Positions 56,190 to 59,435 of a stretch of 59,435 nt of DNA are shown here, in pieces. This stretch comes from Candidatus Enterousia sp. (GTDB taxonomy: Bacteria > Pseudomonadota > Alphaproteobacteria > Rs-D84): NCBI GenBank assembly GCA_045636045.1, contig JAZTWT010000008.1:1-59435 (forward strand), given 5' to 3'. The position numbers and the translations under genes are program-made. The notes below the pieces were generated by a model that saw only the letters and a list, made by a program, of their open reading frames with translations, was not told where the DNA came from and did not search any database. Position 1 is the stretch's first letter; each line of letters begins with the position of its first letter.

Positions 56190-57470
56190 ATGAGATTAAC
56201 ACCACGCAGTTTTTTATGGCGCACGATTTTAATGATTTTAATACCACTGATTGTCGCATTGGCTATTATCGCCAACGCATTCTTTGGCAACCACTGGTCA
56301 CGCGTTCACGACACACTGGCACGCACATTAGCAGGCGAAATAACCACAATGACAAACTTCATTGACGAAGGCAACACAGACGCATTACAAAAAATGGCAC
56401 GCGACATCGGTATCAATGTCACATTCCATGAAAAACTGAACCGTCCAAAAAACAATGACAATCATGCGCTTGAGACAGGCAAACTAGCCTCAGAACTGTC
56501 AAAACGCCTGAAACGCCGCGCGCAAATCTATACAGATCGCAGCAAACGTCTGGTCTATATCGATGTTCCAACACGCGACAGCCGCATCGCGACATTTGGC
56601 ACATCATTGTACAGAATATATTCAACCAGTACCGAAGTTTTTATAATCTGGCTGCTGGGTTCAATATTAATCGTGTCTATTTTAATTTCACCATTTATCA
56701 TAATGCACACACGCAGCATACGCCGCATCGCGCGCGCCGCCAGTCGTTTTGGTCGTGGTCTGGATGCACCCGGCTTTGTTCCAACCGGTTCCAAAGAAAT
56801 ACGCGAAGCCGCAAAATCCATGATTACCATGAAAGAACGTCTGGACAGATACAACCGCACACGCACCGACATGCTGAACGCGGTCAGCCATGATTTAAAG
56901 GCACCGCTGACACGCATGCGCTTGGCACTGGAAACAAATACAGCAACGAACGAAGAATTAATTCGCGATATTGATCGCATGACAGAAATGGTTAACGGCT
57001 ATCTGGCGTTTGCACGTGGCGAAGCACCAGAAATAGAACAGGCAACTGAACTGCCGCCAATGCTGACCCGTATCGCGCGCGACGCAGCGCCTGACAAGCG
57101 CATTATCACAGATTTTCCCGATACGCCAATTCAGTTCTATGCCCGTCCAATGGCATTGGCACGCGCGTTCAGCAACATAATTGAAAACGCAGATAAATAT
57201 GCGCATAAAATAATTAAAATCACCGAACGCGACAACGACGAAAATGTTGAAATTATCATTGAAGACGACGGCCCCGGCATTCCAGACGAACGCAAGAAAG
57301 ATGCAATGCGTCCATTTGTACGCCTGGACGATGCACGACGTGCCGACACCGGCGGCACAGGATTGGGATTAACAATTGCCCAGACAGCAATAGAAAATCA
57401 CGGTGGTCAAATCTTCCTTGAAGACAGCGAGATGGGCGGATTAAAAGTAAAAATTGTTTTACCGATATAA
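56190..57470 (+). CDS. EnvZ-like sensor histidine kinase
   Basis: Two TM helices, HAMP domain, H-box VSHDLKAPLTR, N-box NIIENA.KY, EDDGPGIP, GTGLGL. Confidence 0.94.
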   Translation: MRLTPRSFLWRTILMILIPLIVALAIIANAFFGNHWSRVHDTLARTLAGEITTMTNFIDEGNTDALQKMARDIGINVTFHEKLNRPKNNDNHALETGKLASELSKRLKRRAQIYTDRSKRLVYIDVPTRDSRIATFGTSLYRIYSTSTEVFIIWLLGSILIVSILISPFIIMHTRSIRRIARAASRFGRGLDAPGFVPTGSKEIREAAKSMITMKERLDRYNRTRTDMLNAVSHDLKAPLTRMRLALETNTATNEELIRDIDRMTEMVNGYLAFARGEAPEIEQATELPPMLTRIARDAAPDKRIITDFPDTPIQFYARPMALARAFSNIIENADKYAHKIIKITERDNDENVEIIIEDDGPGIPDERKKDAMRPFVRLDDARRADTGGTGLGLTIAQTAIENHGGQIFLEDSEMGGLKVKIVLPI

Positions 57471-57501
57471 ACAGTATTTTTTAAGAACAAGGTTAAATAA
57501 G

Positions 57502-59208
57502 ATGAATTTATATAAGTATGTATCAAATGCAATAAATGAAAAATTGGGAACAACTGTTAATCTGGAAGTTCCACGAAACCGTGAATTTGGCGACTTTTCA
57601 ACAAACGCCGCCATGGTAATGGCAAAATCTGCTGGGAAAAACCCACGCGAATTGGCATCTGAAATTTTGCCAAAATTAGCCGAACTGGATTTTGTTGCAG
57701 ACGCATCAATCGCAGGTCCTGGTTTTATTAACATTAAACTAAAAGACGAATTTATTTGGCAATCTGCATGCGCACCTCAATCGCCAAAAACCGACACCCC
57801 AATAACAATCGACCTGGACTATGGCGCATATAATGTTGCAAAATCTCTGCATATTGGACACCTGCGCACATCAATCGTTGGTGACACATTTAACCGCATT
57901 GCAAAAATGCTGGGACATAAAACATACTCGTGGAATCATATTGGCGATTGGGGCAAACCAATGGCTTTAATCATCGCATGGATTGAACGTCTACACCCAG
58001 AATTACCGTATTTCAGTGATAATTTTGACCCCGCAACACCGGTTGATTTTGAAATAAACCCATCAGAATTAAACACATACTATCCTGCCGCCAGCAGTTA
58101 CGCCAAAGAAAACCCAGATTTTCAGGCACACGCCCAGGATATCAAGGCAAAATTCCAAAATGGACACCCTGGTTATTTTGCCCTATATGAAAAATTCCTG
58201 AAAATATCCATGGAAATGATGCAGGAAACAGTCAGCCGTCTGAACATTTTGCCATTCGATTATGATTTAGGCGAACGCAACGCAGCGAAGTATCTAGATG
58301 AAGTTGAAAAAATCCTGCGCGCCAAGGATTTAATTTCTGAAAGCGATGGCGCCCAGGTAATCGTTGTCAAGCGCGAAGACGACAACAAACCAATGCCCCC
58401 ATACATGTGGACTGATTCGCGTGGGGCAGACACATACGATTCAACCGACCTGGCGGCAGTATTTTGTCGTAAATTAACAGATAATCCTGACAAGATTATT
58501 TACTTTACCGACCTGCGTCAAAGCCTACACTTCGAACAACTATTCCGTGCATCCCAAATTTCTGAAATATTTGATTACAACAACCTGGAACATATAGGAT
58601 ACGGTACAATCAACGGCCGCGACGGAAAACCATTTAAAACACGCGATGGCAATGCCGCTGGTCTGGACGATATTATTGACGCAGTAAACATCGCCGTTCG
58701 CGAACGCGTATCTGAATCCGGCAAAACCCTGGACGAAGATACAATCCGCGCAATCGCATTAGCCGCGGTAAAGTTCAACGATTTAATGCACGATGTACGT
58801 TCTGACTATATCTTTGACCCATCTGCAGTCACCAGTTTCGAAGGCCGCACTGGTCCATACATCTTATACACAGCCGTCCGACTGAACAGTGTATTAAAAC
58901 GCGCCACAATGACTGCAAACCCCACATATATGTCAATGAATGCAGATGAACGCAATCTGTTAATCAGCGTATTGGACTTTGAACGCACGGTACACAGCGC
59001 ATTTGAAAATCGCGCAACAGACATGATTGCAAATTATGCATATGATTTGTGCCAACTGATTAACACATTCTATCATAATTGCCCAATCCTGCGCGAAGAC
59101 GTCCCATCCGACACACGGGCAGGGCGCCTGCATATTGTAAACGTGGCACGTGATACATTATTAAAAACAATTGATTTAATGGGACTAATTGTTCCAAGTG
59201 AAATGTAA
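57502..59208 (+). CDS. argS: Arginine--tRNA ligase
   Basis: FGDFSTN.AM, AGPGFINI, NVAK.LHIGHLR, GDWG, PFKTRDG, EG.TGPY..Y. Confidence 0.96.
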   Translation: MNLYKYVSNAINEKLGTTVNLEVPRNREFGDFSTNAAMVMAKSAGKNPRELASEILPKLAELDFVADASIAGPGFINIKLKDEFIWQSACAPQSPKTDTPITIDLDYGAYNVAKSLHIGHLRTSIVGDTFNRIAKMLGHKTYSWNHIGDWGKPMALIIAWIERLHPELPYFSDNFDPATPVDFEINPSELNTYYPAASSYAKENPDFQAHAQDIKAKFQNGHPGYFALYEKFLKISMEMMQETVSRLNILPFDYDLGERNAAKYLDEVEKILRAKDLISESDGAQVIVVKREDDNKPMPPYMWTDSRGADTYDSTDLAAVFCRKLTDNPDKIIYFTDLRQSLHFEQLFRASQISEIFDYNNLEHIGYGTINGRDGKPFKTRDGNAAGLDDIIDAVNIAVRERVSESGKTLDEDTIRAIALAAVKFNDLMHDVRSDYIFDPSAVTSFEGRTGPYILYTAVRLNSVLKRATMTANPTYMSMNADERNLLISVLDFERTVHSAFENRATDMIANYAYDLCQLINTFYHNCPILREDVPSDTRAGRLHIVNVARDTLLKTIDLMGLIVPSEM

Positions 59209-59212
59209 TCCA

Positions 59213-59240
59213 GAAAAAAAACGCCCAAATGGGCGTTTTT
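59213..59240 (+). terminator. Intrinsic terminator after argS
   Basis: aaaaacgccc-aaat-gggcgttttt. Confidence 0.8.
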
Positions 59241-59283
59241 ATTTATCATACCATATGGTATAATAATACCGCAATGTTTTTTC

Positions 59284-59312
59284 TTGACTTTTCTGGGGGG
59301 TTGCGTCATAAT
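59284..59312 (+). promoter_or_regulatory. Sigma70-type promoter for rplM
   Basis: TTGACT-17 nt-CATAAT. Confidence 0.65.
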
Positions 59313-59351
59313 ACGCACCGCTATAACAATTAATAAACAAGGAAAACAAAA

Positions 59352-59435
59352 ATGGCAGCGACAAAATCGTTAAAAAAGTGCGAATTAGAGGCCAAATGGT
59401 ATCTGATTGACGCAACTGATTGCACATTGGGTCGT
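59352..59435 (+). CDS. rplM: 50S ribosomal protein L13 (3'-truncated by the window edge)
   Basis: Not in the ORF track. Translates MAATKSLKKCELEAKWYLIDATDCTLGR (KW..IDA....LGR signature), with AAGGA upstream. Confidence 0.9.
   Translation, partial: MAATKSLKKCELEAKWYLIDATDCTLGR

Noticed and set aside
59239-59427. 62-aa minus-strand ORF with a hydrophobic stretch
   Set aside because: It is antisense to the rplM promoter and 5' end, which explain the region.

Overview
Chromosomal window from an alphaproteobacterium, judged from TrcR/DUF1013, a TipN/GPR-like coiled-coil protein, alpha-type AccA/AccD and AddA, and the ruvB...ybgC-tolQRA order. The compact housekeeping set mixed with giant Cys-rich exported proteins is reminiscent of uncultured gut/rumen lineages such as Rs-D84; that assignment is inference only. 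Housekeeping genes: gpmI, atl, peroxiredoxin, HU/IHF, fused accD-accA, cysS, trcR, rpoD, addA (split), recN, amiC, rsmH, dnaE, secA, tolAQR/ybgC, rlpA, ruvB, an OmpR/EnvZ pair, argS, partial rplM, and two tRNA-Ser genes. About 20.6 kb (roughly 35%) encodes known or presumed exported, mostly Cys-rich proteins of unknown function. These include two giant repeat proteins (one with a circularly permuted discoidin-like domain and a Cys-free tail, one with InlB B-repeats and an ABAB super-repeat) and a coupled gene pair rich in glycine-zipper hairpins that could be a membrane-inserting or pore-forming system. Notable non-coding signals: a ~190-nt switch-like RNA structure that can sequester the SD of a glycosyltransferase, a leaderless Cys-Cys peptide upstream of cysS, and a 177-bp tRNA-linked repeat. 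I saw no integrase, transposase, phage or CRISPR array. All calls come from reading motifs by eye; no searches were run.
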